The translations under genes were made by a program, and so were the position numbers. This document shows, piece by piece, positions 12,672-26,235 of a stretch of DNA of 37,794 bases (position 1 is its first letter; every line of letters starts with the position of its first letter). The stretch is from assembly GCF_006345805.1 (NCBI RefSeq), contig NW_021835892.1, positions 1 through 37,794 on the forward strand, in the 5' to 3' direction. This stretch comes from Octopus sinensis (Eukaryota). The notes under the pieces were generated by a model. The model ran no database searches. It was not told where the DNA came from and saw only the letters and a program-made list of their open reading frames with translations.

Positions 12672-13018
12672 TGTGGTTTTAAGAAGCCTGCTTTCCAACC
12701 ACGTGGTTACAAGATCAGTCCCACTGCGTGGCACCCTGGGCTAGTGGCGATTACTATAGACTTGGGCTGACCAAAGCCTTGAGAGTGGATTTGGTAGATG
12801 AAAACTGAAAGAATCCCGTCGTATATATGTATGTGTTTGCGTCTCACTCCCGCTTGAGAACTGGTGTTTGTTTATATTCCCGTAACTTAGCGGTTCGCAA
12901 AAAGATATAACAGAAGTAACAGGTTTAAACAAGTACTGGACTCGATTCATTCGATTAAAAAGTCTTCATGGCGGTGCTCCAGCATGATCGCAGCCTAATG
13001 GCTGAAGCAAGTTAAAGT
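12672..13018 (+). mobile_element. SINE family A, diverged
   Basis: CAGTCCCACTGCGTGGCACC...GTGGATTTGGTAG...GGCGGTGCTCCAGCATG. Confidence 0.8.
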
Positions 13019-14335
13019 AAATGGTAAAAGATGTATATTACACACACATACACATACACACGCACACACGCACACACGCACACATACACGCACACACATT
13101 ACATACACATATACTCTCTCATACACACACGCGCACACACATATGTATGCATACATGTATGTTTGCATGTATGTATGTTTCGTATGTATGTATTTATCTA
13201 TGTATGTATGTATGTTTGTATGTATATATATATGTTTGTATGCTTGTATGTCTGTACATGTATAATAAACACATTGCATGTTAGCATGAGTCATATGAGA
13301 ACATAGGAAGTGTTATGTTGGGACACCGCTTTCCCATGTATTAGGAGACAACAAACATTATGAAAAACTGAAAAAAACGATAAAATTGCGAAAGAGATAA
13401 TGACATTTAGATTTATTTCCCATGCGACAAGGTGTCTTAAAAAGAAACACAATAAAAAAAAAACTCCTCCTATATATTTAGAAAACATAATTAAAGAAAT
13501 TGTGTCACACATTAATCATGTGTAAGGTCATTTTTCTTTATTTTTATTAATTAGTGGACGTGATTTTTTAAGCTGAGAAAACGGGACAGAGATTGCTTCA
13601 AATCGGTTAATGCGTGGCGTTTCTTCATTGAGGTAAAAACTCTGAGAAAATCAAGACAATAGCTATAATTTGCAGGTAAAAATCTTTTGTTTTATCCTGG
13701 CCTTCATAAAGGTTTCGGAGAAACTGATCCATGACTCTGGAGACTATCTGCAGATGAAAGAGTTGTTGTTGTTGTGAGTTGGCTCCATGTCAGTCATAAG
13801 CGGGAAGACCTACGTTGAAGGACTTTCCGTTCTGTTCGCGACAACTTCACGAACTTTTTCGCGGAGTACATTATCTTTGGTAATCTTCTAAAGAGGGTAA
13901 AACGATTTTTTATTTTTAACGATTTCCTCTTTTACCCGGACTGAGGCCATTTCAGCGTAAGGGACTGTAAAGAAGGAAAAGAACAGCGCCTCCAACTTCA
14001 AAACGTTGATTGCCGGAAAGCTTTAAAAGGCTAAATGTTATAGTCCAGAAGAAAACAAAGAGCAATGGCAGCGAGTTCCAGAGAACAGCAGAGCGAAGGA
14101 AAAAGTTGTTAGAATAAAAGGAATTTGGACAAACAGGAAGCTCAACAGAGGAATGATGTGTTTGAGTGGTTTAGCAGGGTTTTGACAGGGTGAGTTCATT
14201 AGAGCAATGATTATGGAACCAACTATAGAAATGATATAACAAAAATGCATTGCGACGATAAGCTAAGCGAATTTGCCTTTAAAAGTGGAAATATCACAAA
14301 CATATTTATACTAACATGAAGTTCGTGTGTGTGTG

Positions 14336-14400
<65 letters not shown>

Positions 14401-14545
14401 AGCGTGCGTATGTATATATGTATACAGAATTTAAATACGAGCTACTAATTGTGAAACTATTAACTCATTTAAATACAGTGTATCTTAAACTATATCTCTT
14501 ATGAATACATTTTTGTTGATCCTACCTATAGCGGAACAATAAACT

Positions 14546-15052
<507 letters not shown>

Positions 15053-15074
15053 ATATATACATATATTTAAGGCT

Positions 15075-15200
15075 ACTTTCAATTTCTGTCTACAACATCC
15101 CTCCCAAGGTAGGCTTAAGAAGGTCTGGAGTTATAGTTGAAGGTGCCACGCAGTTGAACTGAACTTGGAACTTCTTATCACAGAGCCATGTCCTCGCCTT
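15075..15200 (-). mobile_element. SINE family A, degenerate internally deleted fragment
   Basis: GGTGCCACGCAGT.G.ACTGAAC motif. Confidence 0.5.
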
Positions 15201-16011
15201 TGTTGCTAATGTATTCGACATTTGTTCGCATTAACTATAAGCGAAGTGTTTGGAAGGCAGATGAAAAGTTTAGCCAAACTAAAATAATTAGATGATATCG
15301 TATGATTTACAAAAGTAGGAAGTAAGTCGCAAATAATACACATTTTTTTCAGTCAACGCTCTGAAAGCTATATGCAGAAATTTTAACGGCAATTTCCTTC
15401 TTCTTCCCGCTCAAATTCTAAGTTTCCCAAAATAGAAAAAGTTAAGAAGAAATTAATAATACAAGAACGCTTATAAGAAGTCTGGGAAACTTCTCCACAT
15501 TTAAATCGGGTTTTTATAATCCCCAATGACATTTCTAGTAAGATAAGACTATAAGATACTGAGAACAGTAGATAACAGTGTTCATAAGTTACGAATCGGG
15601 GAAGGACATTTATTTCTGAAAAGTGTTTTGTTTCTCACGGAAGTTCTTCATTTCTAGATATTAGCAGAAGTTTTTAAAGTTGTTTCCGGTTAATATTTTC
15701 GACATATTTTGGCTATTAAAATGAAGGGGTTTAAGATAACTTCGCTGATGAGTCAGCGAGGTTCAAATAGTCTGTATTGGCATTCATGATCGTCTTTTTG
15801 TTTTCGATGTAGTAAAAAATCTGTCAAAACACGTAATTCAATAAATACAGATCAATAAAAGAGGGACCATGTAATTATTATGCATATATATATATATATG
15901 TATGTATGTATACACACACACCACTGTATGTGTATATATGAATATATACTTCCATACACACACGCACACACATACATATATATATATAATAATCTATATA
16001 TATATACATAG

Positions 16012-16044
<33 letters not shown>

Positions 16045-16355
16045 CATATAATATACATACATATACATATAGCAGTTGTTTTTTCTTGAAGGCACATCTT
16101 GTGAATGTTCGAAATGTGGAGTAAGATAAACAGCCGACAACTGATGTTACATGTCTTGATTTCCATTTCCTTCTTTCGTTGTCCGCATACAAAATTTCGT
16201 CTTCGTATGTATTTATATATATATATATATCTATATATATATATATAATATATATAAGTATGCATGTATGTATGTATGTATTATGTATGTATGTATATAT
16301 AAGAAATTATAAAAGGAAATACGCACACTTACATAGTTTTAATATAATTTTTACT

Positions 16356-16390
16356 ATATCGACCGGTTTCGCTATCGCTATTCATGATAT
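16356..16390 (-). ncRNA. Minimal type I hammerhead-like motif, A3-U8 variant
   Basis: AUAUC | AUGAAUA | GC-GAUA-GC | GAAACCGGUC^ | GAUAU. Lies 3' of the PLE GIY-YIG fragment on the same strand. Confidence 0.6.
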
Positions 16391-16732
16391 TATGTTTTAT
16401 TTATTTGAATATGTATTTTTTCTTAAGAAGAAATTTTGTCCATGTCGTGTGTGATGAAATTCACGAGTGAATGACTTCACAAGTAGATAAATAAAGGGAG
16501 GTAACTGGTTATCGTTATTATTGTTATTGTTATGGGTAATGGGGATAACTGTTCAGCTTTCGGTAATGGGAGGGGAATATATATGTACAGACAAAGACAA
16601 CCTTCGAAAACCTTGTTTAGTGAGGAGATTTATGTACAGTGATGTAATCGTGAGTTGAAATATGTAAAAAGATAAAACTTTGTTATGCGTGCATATTAAG
16701 ACGTGTTCTATATTTTTCAATGAAAAAGTTTC

Positions 16733-17170
16733 TTAATTTAAACGTTCTTGTGGAGAGATTGTATCTTTGTACTGGTAGAAGGGGAAGAATGTGAAATTTG
16801 GTTTCATATTATCTGCACAATTTTCTATATGTACACTGAGAGGAATTTGTCTGTATTGCGGGAAACAGATTTGCTCTTTATGTAGAGTAGTTCTCTTTCT
16901 CAACGTCATACTCGTTTGTCCAATATAGTTGTGTCCGCAACCCGAGCAGGTTATTACATAAATTAGGTTCTCAGAGGCACAGGTGAAACTAGTTTTAATT
17001 GTGAACCTCTGTCTTTGTTTGAAAAGCAAGTCCGAGTCTTCAAGTAGGTTGGGGCAGGTTCCACAGTTTGGACGTCAACATTTTTCAACCGTTGGTTTCG
17101 AGATTGTTTTGTAAAGCTTCGCATTTGTTAGTAGTCTCTTTAGCGATTTGTCTTGTTTTTTGTATTTGAT
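16733..17170 (-). pseudogene. Penelope-like GIY-YIG endonuclease C-terminal fragment
   Basis: RPNCGTCP, then FTCASENLIYVITCSGCGHNYIGQT...R...H; typical PLE GIY-YIG arrangement with upstream Cys motif. Contains stops. Confidence 0.85.
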
Positions 17171-17805
17171 GAGTTTGCGTGTTTTCAGGATGTCGTTCAG
17201 ATATATATATATATATCGTTACTTGTATAGAGTCCTGTAAGTTTACGCCCCTCTCCCCTTCTCTTGCTCACTTCTTTAGCTATCTGTTGCTTATAAGATC
17301 GTCACCTTTTCTTTCTTTTTCTTCCCACTCTCTGCGTTTTACTTCTAGTCTATATATATACACCAAGTGATTTTTGCATGAGGGCAAGATTGCGTATACA
17401 TATGTATATGTGTATTTGTGTGTATATTTATGTTTTGCATTTATATGTCTGCATATGTATGTGGTCTGTGTACATCTATCTGTGTATTTTGATGTATATA
17501 TGTATATTGATGGTTTAGTATGAATATATACTATTGTGAAATATTTTAATTTTTATGTATTAATTGTATTAATCGAATTATATTTCTATAAATTAATGAC
17601 AATATGCACTTTGAATCCGCTCTTCGATTTAAGGTTTTTCATCGATTTTTTAATAATTTATTATTTATAATGAATTCATTTATTTTGTTTATTTTGTTTA
17701 TCACATGCTGAAGACCGTTATTTGAAAGGACCAATGAAACAAATCCATTTTTAAAAGTGTATCATTTAACTAGTGTTGATCAAATTATTTCTGTTCTATT
17801 TCAAC

Positions 17806-17852
17806 AAAACTGCCCGACGAACGGGAACGTGAAACTCTGAGTAATAGCTTTT
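17806..17852 (+). ncRNA. Degenerate type I hammerhead-like motif, U4C
   Basis: CCGACGA | ACG-GGAA-CGU | GAAACUC-U-GAGUA^; stem I imperfect. Confidence 0.45.
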
Positions 17853-17902
17853 GTTATATTTCTGCTTATATATATAATATATATATACATACATATATAT
17901 AA

Positions 17903-17940
<38 letters not shown>

Positions 17941-18004
17941 TTTTTCATGCGGTGGCTCGTATCAAACTATATATACATATTTACTATACTATACTATTTT
18001 TTAC

Positions 18005-18200
18005 TATTTTACTTGTTTGACTGCTGCCATGCTGGAGCACACCTTTAGTCGAGCAATTCGACCCCGGGACTTATTCTTTGTAAGCCCAGTACTTATTCTA
18101 TCGGTCTCTTTTGCCGAACCGCTAAGTGACGGGGACGTAAACACACTAGCATCGGTTGTCAAGCAATGCTAAGGGGACAAACACGGACACACAAGCACAT

Positions 18201-18258
<58 letters not shown>

Positions 18259-18420
18259 GACAGGCTTCTTTCAGTTTCCGTCAACCAAATCTACTCACAA
18301 GGCATTGGTCGGCCCGAGGCTATAGTAGAAGACACTTGCCTAAGATGCCACGCAGTGGGACTGAACCCGGAACCATGTGGTTGGTTAGCAAGCTACTTAC
18401 CACACAGCCACTCCTGCGCC
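18005..18420 (-). mobile_element. SINE family A, full length, young-looking
   Basis: Near-identical head to 34208 copy (GGCGCAGGAGTGGCTGTGTGGTAAGTAGCTTGC...GGTTCAGTCCC), central (TA)n, complete tail. Confidence 0.88.
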
Positions 18421-18654
18421 TATATACGCATATATATGTAAATATGTATACATATATACATGTATATATACATATATATGGCCTGCTCGCTTAGCCAGCG
18501 GGGTGGTGTCATTTGAAGGCTAAAACAATGCGAAGCGCATTGTGACCAGCGATGTGTAGCAACATCTGATAGCGTGACCGGTCACGGTGATCACGGTGAT
18601 ATACTAATATATATATACACACATGTGTGTACGTGTTTGTGTGCAGCCTTGTGC

Positions 18655-18703
<49 letters not shown>

Positions 18704-19206
18704 TTTCTCTGCTGCTATTACTGTATAACATGAATCGAAACATCTGCAAGCATCACTCGCGAAACATTAGTTGTTTTCAACCAACGTGGAATTGTTAGGC
18801 AACGTGCTCTGCTTCCCAACACTCGCTTAATTACTCACACACACATACACACACACATACACACGCACGCATGCACCCACACACGCACATACACACATAG
18901 TCGGTCGCTTGTCTATCGGGTTACGCTATAAAAAAGTAAAAGAGAGCTCAATCCGAGGTTAGAGCAAATGTTGGTTATAGTTCAGTATAGTAATTCGTGA
19001 CAAAGTTGCTCAGCCGCTGGGTGGATGTGCGAAGTCCTCAGAGTAAGCATCAAATGTGCATTCTGTGTCAAAAACACAAAGACATATTAACACATTCACT
19101 CGCTTAAAAACACACACATACGTATATATTATATATTATCTGTGTATATATATATCTATTTACATATATATATATATATAATATATATATATATTTACAT
19201 ATATAT

Positions 19207-19250
<44 letters not shown>

Positions 19251-19639
19251 CATACATATATATATATATCTCTTATGTTATATATATGTATATATACGTA
19301 TACACGTGTGTGTGTGTTTGCGTGTTTATAGATAGATGCCAACACACACACATACACACACACACATACACAAAACCACAACAAAAAACACAGTATGGTG
19401 TTTCTTTCATAAAACAATACGTACAAATTTAAAAGAAGAATTCAAAGACGGATGAAGAAAATTTGAAACGAGAAGACAGACACAGGAATATTTAAATATT
19501 TTGTCTTTGTGTTTGTTGTTTTTTTATTGTAAATGATAAAAGAAACAATTCTTTGGAGCGTATAATGTTGATTATACACAGACACACCCATCCACCAACA
19601 TACACATATATAGACATATAGACATATATATATATATAG

Positions 19640-19674
<35 letters not shown>

Positions 19675-19904
19675 ATATACACATAATATATATGCGTGTA
19701 TGTTTTGTTGCGTGTGTGTGTGTGTATAATTCTATATACTTGAATGTCTACAACTATTGTAGTTTACTGTCAAATCTTTACAACTGACGGACTTAACATT
19801 TTGTTGTGTATTTCCAAGTGCATAATGTTGATTTCCATAACCCATTCTACCTCAAGGGGATTGAACCAGACATTGTCTTCGTGTACAATGTCGTGGAGCA
19901 AGAT

Positions 19905-19958
19905 ATAGATAGACAGAGAGATAGATGCATAGTTTGATAGACAGATAGATAGATAGAC

Positions 19959-19995
<37 letters not shown>

Positions 19996-20013
19996 TATAG
20001 ATAGATAAATAGA

Positions 20014-20053
<40 letters not shown>

Positions 20054-20087
20054 TAGACAGACAGACAGATAGATCGATAGATAGATC

Positions 20088-20143
<56 letters not shown>

Positions 20144-20183
20144 TAGATAGATAGATAAATAGATAATAGATAGATAGATAGAT

Positions 20184-20243
<60 letters not shown>
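19905..20243. repeat. (GATA)n/(GACA)n microsatellite with no LINE attached (empty potential target)
   Basis: Direct reading; flanks do not match the LINE ends. Confidence 0.93.
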
Positions 20244-20735
20244 TATGGATGGATGCATGGATAAATGTGTGAGTGTATATGTATACATAGGAGAAGGCGG
20301 GAGGGAGGAGAGAGTGTTCATGTGCATATATTTATGTATGTATTACGAACGTATATTTATGTGTGTTTGTGTATGTATTCATACTTATACATATATGTGT
20401 GTATGTGCGCGCGTGTGGTGTGTGTGTATGTGTGTGTGCGTGTGTTTGTTTGCTCACGTGCTTTGTGTGTGTGCATGTATATATTGAATATGGAGGTAAA
20501 TACGTGTGCCAGTGAATATGTGTATAACTCTGTCCAGGCCTGTTTCATGTGTGTTTTGTTAGTGATTTAAATCAGAATCCTGGTCTGGTGGTGTTTATTT
20601 CTATAGAAAAATTCTGATCCGTCCAATTTCTTTGTAGCTCTGTTAGAAATTGTTCGAGAATTTAAAGTCGGCCGTGTTTCCTAAAACTTTGCGTTCTTAC
20701 CTTCTTTTGCAATAAGTGTTCATTGGTCATTGTAT

Positions 20736-21106
20736 GGAGTGGCAATGGCCTAATGATTAAGGCGGCGGACTCGCGGTCGTAGGATCGCTCTTTCGATTCC
20801 CAGATCGGGCGTTCTGAGTGTTAATTGAACGAAAACGCCGAAAGCTCGACGAGTCTCCGGCAGGGGATGGTGGCGAACCCTGCAGTACTCTTTCGCCAAA
20901 ACTTTTTTCTCACTCTCTCCTCCTATTTCTGTTGTACCCGTATTTCAAAAGGCCAGCTTCGTCACACTCTCTGAATCTCCCTGAGAACTACGTTAAAGGT
21001 ACACGTGTCTGTGGAGCGTTCAGCCACTTACACGCTAATTTCACGAACCGGCTGTTCCGTTGATTGCATCAATTGGAACCCTCGTCGTCGTAACCGACGG
21101 AGTGCC
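20736..21106 (+). mobile_element. tRNA(Arg)-like-headed SINE family D
   Basis: Head GGCAATGGCCTAATGATTAAGGCGGCGGACTCGCG...TTTCGATTCCC, tail ...TCGTCGTCGTAACCGACGGAGTGCC. Homologous to 29172-29547. Possible TSD core TCATTGGT on both sides. Confidence 0.83.
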
Positions 21107-21196
21107 GTAGTCATTGGTTATATGTTTGCTTGTAGTTTGCAATAGAACCCTATACAGCAAAATCTAAATCACTTATTATAAAAGAATTTGCTAATA

Positions 21197-21610
21197 GGCG
21201 CAATAGTGGCAGTGTGGTAAGGAGTTTGTTTCTCAGTCACATGGTTCCGGGTTCAGTCCCACTGCATGGCACCTTGCACAAGTGTTTTCTTTTATATTCC
21301 CCGGCCGACCAATGATTTCTAAGTGGATTTGGTAGACGGAAACAGAAAGAAGTCTGTCCAACATATTTGTGTATGAGTGTGAGAGTGTGTGTGCCGCGCG
21401 CGTGCGTGCGTGTGTATCTGCGTGCGTCGTTTTGTCCGCTTGACAACTGGTGTTTAAGTCTATACTTGTCCCTGAACTATGCGGTTCGGCAAAAGAGACT
21501 GATAGAATAAGTAACAGGTTTATTCATTCGACTAAAATTCGATTCATCCCACTAAAATTGCGTTAGCCGGTGATCCAGCATGGCCACAGTCTAATCCCTG
21601 AAGCCAGTCA
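21197..21610 (+). mobile_element. SINE family A, diverged
   Basis: GGCGCAATAGTGGCAGTGTGGTAAG...GGTTCAGTCCCACTGC...CGGTTCGGCAAAAGAGAC...CCAGCATGGCC. Confidence 0.82.
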
Positions 21611-21755
21611 CAGATATAAGATTATAGAAAAGATCACTTGAGCACAACTGTGTTTTTATTAGAAAAGTATTTCCCATATATTCAAATTTATATCTCCTAA
21701 TATATTAATGGGCGTTGTGGTTTGAAATATTTGTGTATATATATATATATATATA

Positions 21756-22158
21756 TACGAGCAGTATCGCCCGGCGTTGCACGGGTTTGTAAGTGAAATA
21801 ACTATATAAGCATTTTTAGAGAGTTATAACCAAAAAATATCAAAAAAATGCATTAAAATGGAAAAAATTATGGTAAATTTTTTTTTAATCGTTGACTCAT
21901 CGTAGACATTTTAGAGAGTTACTTCCCTTATATAATAGCGAAAAATGCATTAAAAATGGAAAAAAATGATGGTAAATTATTTTGAAAATCGTAGATCATA
22001 ATTGACGCGGCTAATACCCAGAAGGCTCGATATGAATCACGACTTTAAGATACCGCATTTTGGTACACTGCACCGCAAAATGTGGAGTAGTTAGGAATCT
22101 AAATCGTAGGAGACAGACACACAACTTGACTTTTATATATATATATATATATATAGAT
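21756..22158 (+). mobile_element. Non-autonomous Helitron/Helentron-like (HINE-type) element
   Basis: Begins TAC(G/T)AGC..., subterminal hairpin CCCG-GCGTTGCA-CGGG, internal ~110-bp tandem duplication, CATTTTG...CAAAATG inverted repeat, ends CAGACAC..CTTTTATATAT..AGAT within TA repeats. Architecture recalled from HINE/DINE-1-type elements. Confidence 0.55.
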
Positions 22159-22273
22159 ATATATAAATTTGTCAGAATAACGCGGTGAGAAAACATTAAA
22201 TCATTGAAGGAGAAAGTGGTGAGTAAAGCCCTGACTGAGAGGAAGTAATAGTATTGAGAAAAAAAGAAGAGGT

Positions 22274-22306
<33 letters not shown>

Positions 22307-22310
22307 TGTG

Positions 22311-22354
<44 letters not shown>

Positions 22355-22360
22355 GGATGG
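22274..22360. repeat. (GATA)n/(GA)n microsatellite at the 3' end of the full-length LINE
   Basis: Direct reading. Confidence 0.95.
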
Positions 22361-22796
22361 AGAAGAGATATGTTTCTTTATTAGCCACACAGGGCTGCAC
22401 ACAGATAGAACAAATTACAAGGTAGAGCTTTTCTTTTGAAGGTTTAAAAAAATAAAAAATTAAAAATAAAAAATAAAAATAAGAAAAAAAAAAAATAAAT
22501 AAAAAAAAATAAAAAAGGGGGGGTCGATCAAAAGGGATCGTAAAAGGAGAGAAAGAGGACAAAAAAAAAGGGGGGGTTAAAAAAAAGGGGGAGAGGAAAA
22601 AAATTGATCAATAGGGATCGTTATCACAGAAATGTCAATATGAAGTGTAAAGGGGGGGGACAGGTGAGGTTTACCCGTGGAAAGAAAAGCCTACGGAAAA
22701 GACCACGGTAACCTCGGTCAATGAAGTCACATGTTATATTTCTTTTTTTTTTTTTTTTTTTGCAAATAAGCAACTCTCTGTATTAATTTTTACGGT

Positions 22797-25700
22797 TCAT
22801 AGAATCATAGTCAAGGTGGCTTCGTCATTCATACGTGCCATCCTTGCTACATTCACCCATCTTTTTTTAAAACATTCACTAGACAAAACTTGCCTCTCTA
22901 CTCTCACTTTTTTCTTCAAGTGATACTTGAAGAAGTTGATGAGAGATTGACCAGAGAGGAAAGTGTTTGTCTCTAATCCTTTCAGACGCGTCCACCAGAT
23001 ACATTCTTTCGCCATAGCCACAAGTATGATAAAAATAGCTCTTCCTTCCCGTTTGAAGGAAGGAGGCGTGACGATATTAACGATAGACTCGGCTGATAAA
23101 CCGACACGTCCCACACGTGACAGCAGTCGTTCGACATAAGCCCACAGGTGGGAAATTGCTGGACACTGCACGATTGCGTGCAGAGCGGTTTCGTCGCTCT
23201 GCCCGCATCTCGGGCAGGTCGGCCCCGTGTTTCTCGAGCCATGCCTATAGAGCTTATCCCGAACGGGTAGCGCTTCTCGGTAGCACCGCCAGGCCAGGGA
23301 TCTCTGGAAGTTGTCCATAGGTCCCGGGCCGAAAGTCGTTTGAAACAGGCGGGTCAGGTATTCCTCGTCGACGCCCAGGTTTGCCCCGAGCTCGTCGTCG
23401 TACCTCCCCTCCACTAATCCCCTATAGAATGCTTTGGTTGTGTTGAAGTCACTCAAGGTCGACCCGGGACGGCAGAGTTGCTTGAGAGCAACGCGACACT
23501 CGCGGTGCCATTCGCCCTTCTTCGGCCTCTTTTTGATCCACGACTGTAGTTCGGTCATGGAGACGAGTTGCGGGAATGCGTGCCTCACAAACGGCGACCA
23601 CACCTGTTCACCGTCGTCTACATAGAGCCGGAGATGTCGCAGTCTCAGCGCGTGTCTGCGCATCATCAACCACGGCATGCCCAGCCCTCCTTTAACGGGT
23701 GTTGACAGCAAATGGATCGCCTGACCATCGGGACGCATCCTTCCACAAGAAGCGAAGCGGAAGAGGATGCGTTCTAGTTGGTGATGGTAGGGTCGGGACA
23801 AGGTACGACGGTCAGGCGGTAGTAGATGATGGACGCGATGTACGCGTTCACCACCTCCGCCCGACCTTTTAGGGACAGTTTCCTCTCGGCCCATTGCTGG
23901 GCGAGAGTGACCACCCTACTCGTTATCTCGTTCCAGTTCTTCTCCATTTGGAGGTCCGGACCGAACCAGACCCCGAGCAACTCAACCGGGCCGTCTGTCC
24001 AGCGTCCCACGACGGAGGTACTGGTGGACGGCATGGGTTTGCTTCTCCAGGTGCCGAGCCGCAAGCCCACTGACTTTTCCCGGTTGATTTTTGCTCCTGT
24101 CACCGCTTCGTAGTCTTTCAGTGTCTCGCCGACCCGCTCGATGTGCTCGTGGCTTGACACTATGACGGTGACGTCGTCCGCGTATGCAGACACGCTCGTC
24201 CCGCATCCTAATTCTCGCGGGATGCCCCTCAGAGTCGCCAGCTTCGCGCAGTAGTGGCTCAAGAGTCAATACGTATAGAAGCGCCGAGAGGGGGCATCCC
24301 TGACGGACCGAACGTGCAATGTCGAAGGGTCTCGATAGATGTCCATTTACGCGAATTACCGAACGGATGCCTCTGTACAAGGCAGCTATCCAGCCGCGGA
24401 AGACGGGACCGAAACCAGCCGCTCTCAGGACTGCCTCCAAGTATCGATGGTCTACCCTATCAAAGGCTTTCGATTGATCCAAGTTGATCAGGGCCCCACC
24501 CATGCCAGGTTCGTTAACTACCCTGTCTATGATGTAGCGCATCAGATGGAGGTTGTCATGGATGCTCCGGCCCGGCACGGCGCACGTTTGTGCGTCGTCG
24601 ACCAGTTTCTCCATGACAAGCGCCAACCTCTTGGCTAACACCTTTGTCAAAATTTTCAGGTCTGCATTGAGCAGAGTGATTGGCCTAAAGTTATCTATAA
24701 TGTTTCCCTTGTTTGGATCTTTCTTCAGCAGAGTTACAGCTCCTCGACTCACAAAACCGGGTATGCTCCCGTTTTGCTGCCAGTTGCAGTATACCGCTGC
24801 CAAGACGTCTCCAAACAAGTCTGGCATACAATAGTAAAATTCGTAGGGTAGACCATCCAAACCCGGTGATTTGTCCCTCGAGCATTCTGCCATCGCTTCC
24901 CGCACTTCCGCCGCCGTGATGGCACCTTCGCAGCACCCTGCCTTTCTTGTCGAGAGTCGTGGCAGGCTATGTAGGTAGGCACTGAAGTCTACCCTACGTT
25001 CTTGCCCTCCACTCGTCCCGAACAGTCGGGCAAAATGCTGCTGAAAGGCCTCACACATTTTACTTGGCTCGAGCAATTCGCGCCCCTGTTCATCTACCAG
25101 TGACCGAATGGTGGCTTTGTTGCCCTGTTGCGCCTCTGCCACCCGGGCCTCTCTCGCGGCTCCAACACCTTCGTTCCTTAGAGCACGCATCCTAGCTCTG
25201 ACAGCACATCCTTCGTGTTTGGCGTTGAAGTGTTGGTCGAGGGCCACCTCGCCGCCAAAACGTCGGATGCGATGCCGCTTCTAATTGCCTCTTCTAGCTT
25301 CTTAACTAGCTCACCCTCTACTCTATTTCTATCTATGGCTAGTGCTTTGCTGTACCTAATCGCTTCTGCTTTTACTGCTCTCTTGAGGGCAAACCACCAT
25401 TTGTTGTTGATGATGGCTCCCGTCAAAGCCCTCTTTACTAGTGTGCTAATCCGGTCTCTGAAAACTTGTCTGGACGGGAATGATGCGTTCAGTTTCCAGT
25501 ACCCAGGACCCTGTCTATGTGCCTTATCTAAGTCTAGCGTACACGTCACCAATTTGTGATCCGTGTAGCTGACTGTGTGGAATTGTGGACATCCTAAGTT
25601 ATCCTTGTCTACTGTCCTACACAGTATCCTATCTAGATACGATCTCGACGACCCACTGCGGTTGCTCCATGTCCACGTTGGTGCATTTGGGTGGTCGAGT

Positions 25701-26235
25701 CGGTACCTGTCAGACAGTTGGAATCGTCTGAGCAGGTCTCTGAGGCATTTGCATCCCCTTCTGTTTCTGTCTCTACCCACGTAGTCTACATGCGTGTCCA
25801 AGGTAGCATTCCAATCCCCCACTAAGAGTAAAGGACGAGACGTTCCCAAGAATACTTCTAGACGTCGAAAGAAATCCGCCCGACCTGTTAAGGGCGGTGC
25901 GTAGACTGATACGAGTCGAAAAGCGCACCCATTGCTGCCGTCAACATCCAGAACGATCAGTCTACCCTCCGGGTCTACGAATATCGTCTTGACTTCGAGA
26001 TCCAGGCTCTTGTGAAAAAGTACCGCGGTGCCACTACCGCCCATCCTCGGCAGACAGGGAGCGAAATAAATGTTAAACTGTCCGCCAAACATGGACTTTA
26101 GGGCCCGTGGCTCGTGGAGTCTGGTCTCACTTATGGCTATGATTCCCAAATCATGTGACTTGATGTCATTTAGGAGGTATCTTGTTTCCAAGGAGACCCC
26201 AAGCCACGCGCATTCACACAACCAATCTTGACCAT
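22797..26235 (-). pseudogene. LINE ORF2: APE endonuclease - reverse transcriptase - CCHC, frameshifted in this sequence
   Basis: MVKIGCVNARGLG start at 26235. APE motifs ISETRL, GDWNATL, SYLDRI, SYTDHKLV. RT motifs FRPITLLNADLKIL, DQSKAFDRVDH, RQGCPLS, YADD. C-terminal CPRCGQSDETALHAIVQC; ends TLTMIL*. Spread over ORF-track entries 25178-26221, 23982-25247, 23774-24262 and 22797-23894. Confidence 0.93.

Noticed and set aside
15740-15761. CTGATGAG inside a 9-bp hairpin
   Set aside because: No downstream GAAA or stems I/III, so not a hammerhead.
16451-16480. TGATGA-ATTCAC-GA-GTGAAT hairpin resembling a hammerhead
   Set aside because: GAAA and the cleavage triplet are missing; too degenerate to call.
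19770-19905. Peptide DNVWFNP resembling the PLE NIIWFNPP motif
   Set aside because: Flanking residues do not continue the PLE alignment; the match is too short.
20736-20815. tRNA-like sequences (also 6222, 18420, 29547, 34208, 36559)
   Set aside because: They lack complete cloverleaf acceptor stems and run into SINE bodies, so they are SINE heads and not tRNA genes.
23117-25784. Short plus-strand and alternate-frame ORFs within the LINE
   Set aside because: By-products of GC-balanced ORF2 coding sequence; no independent motifs.
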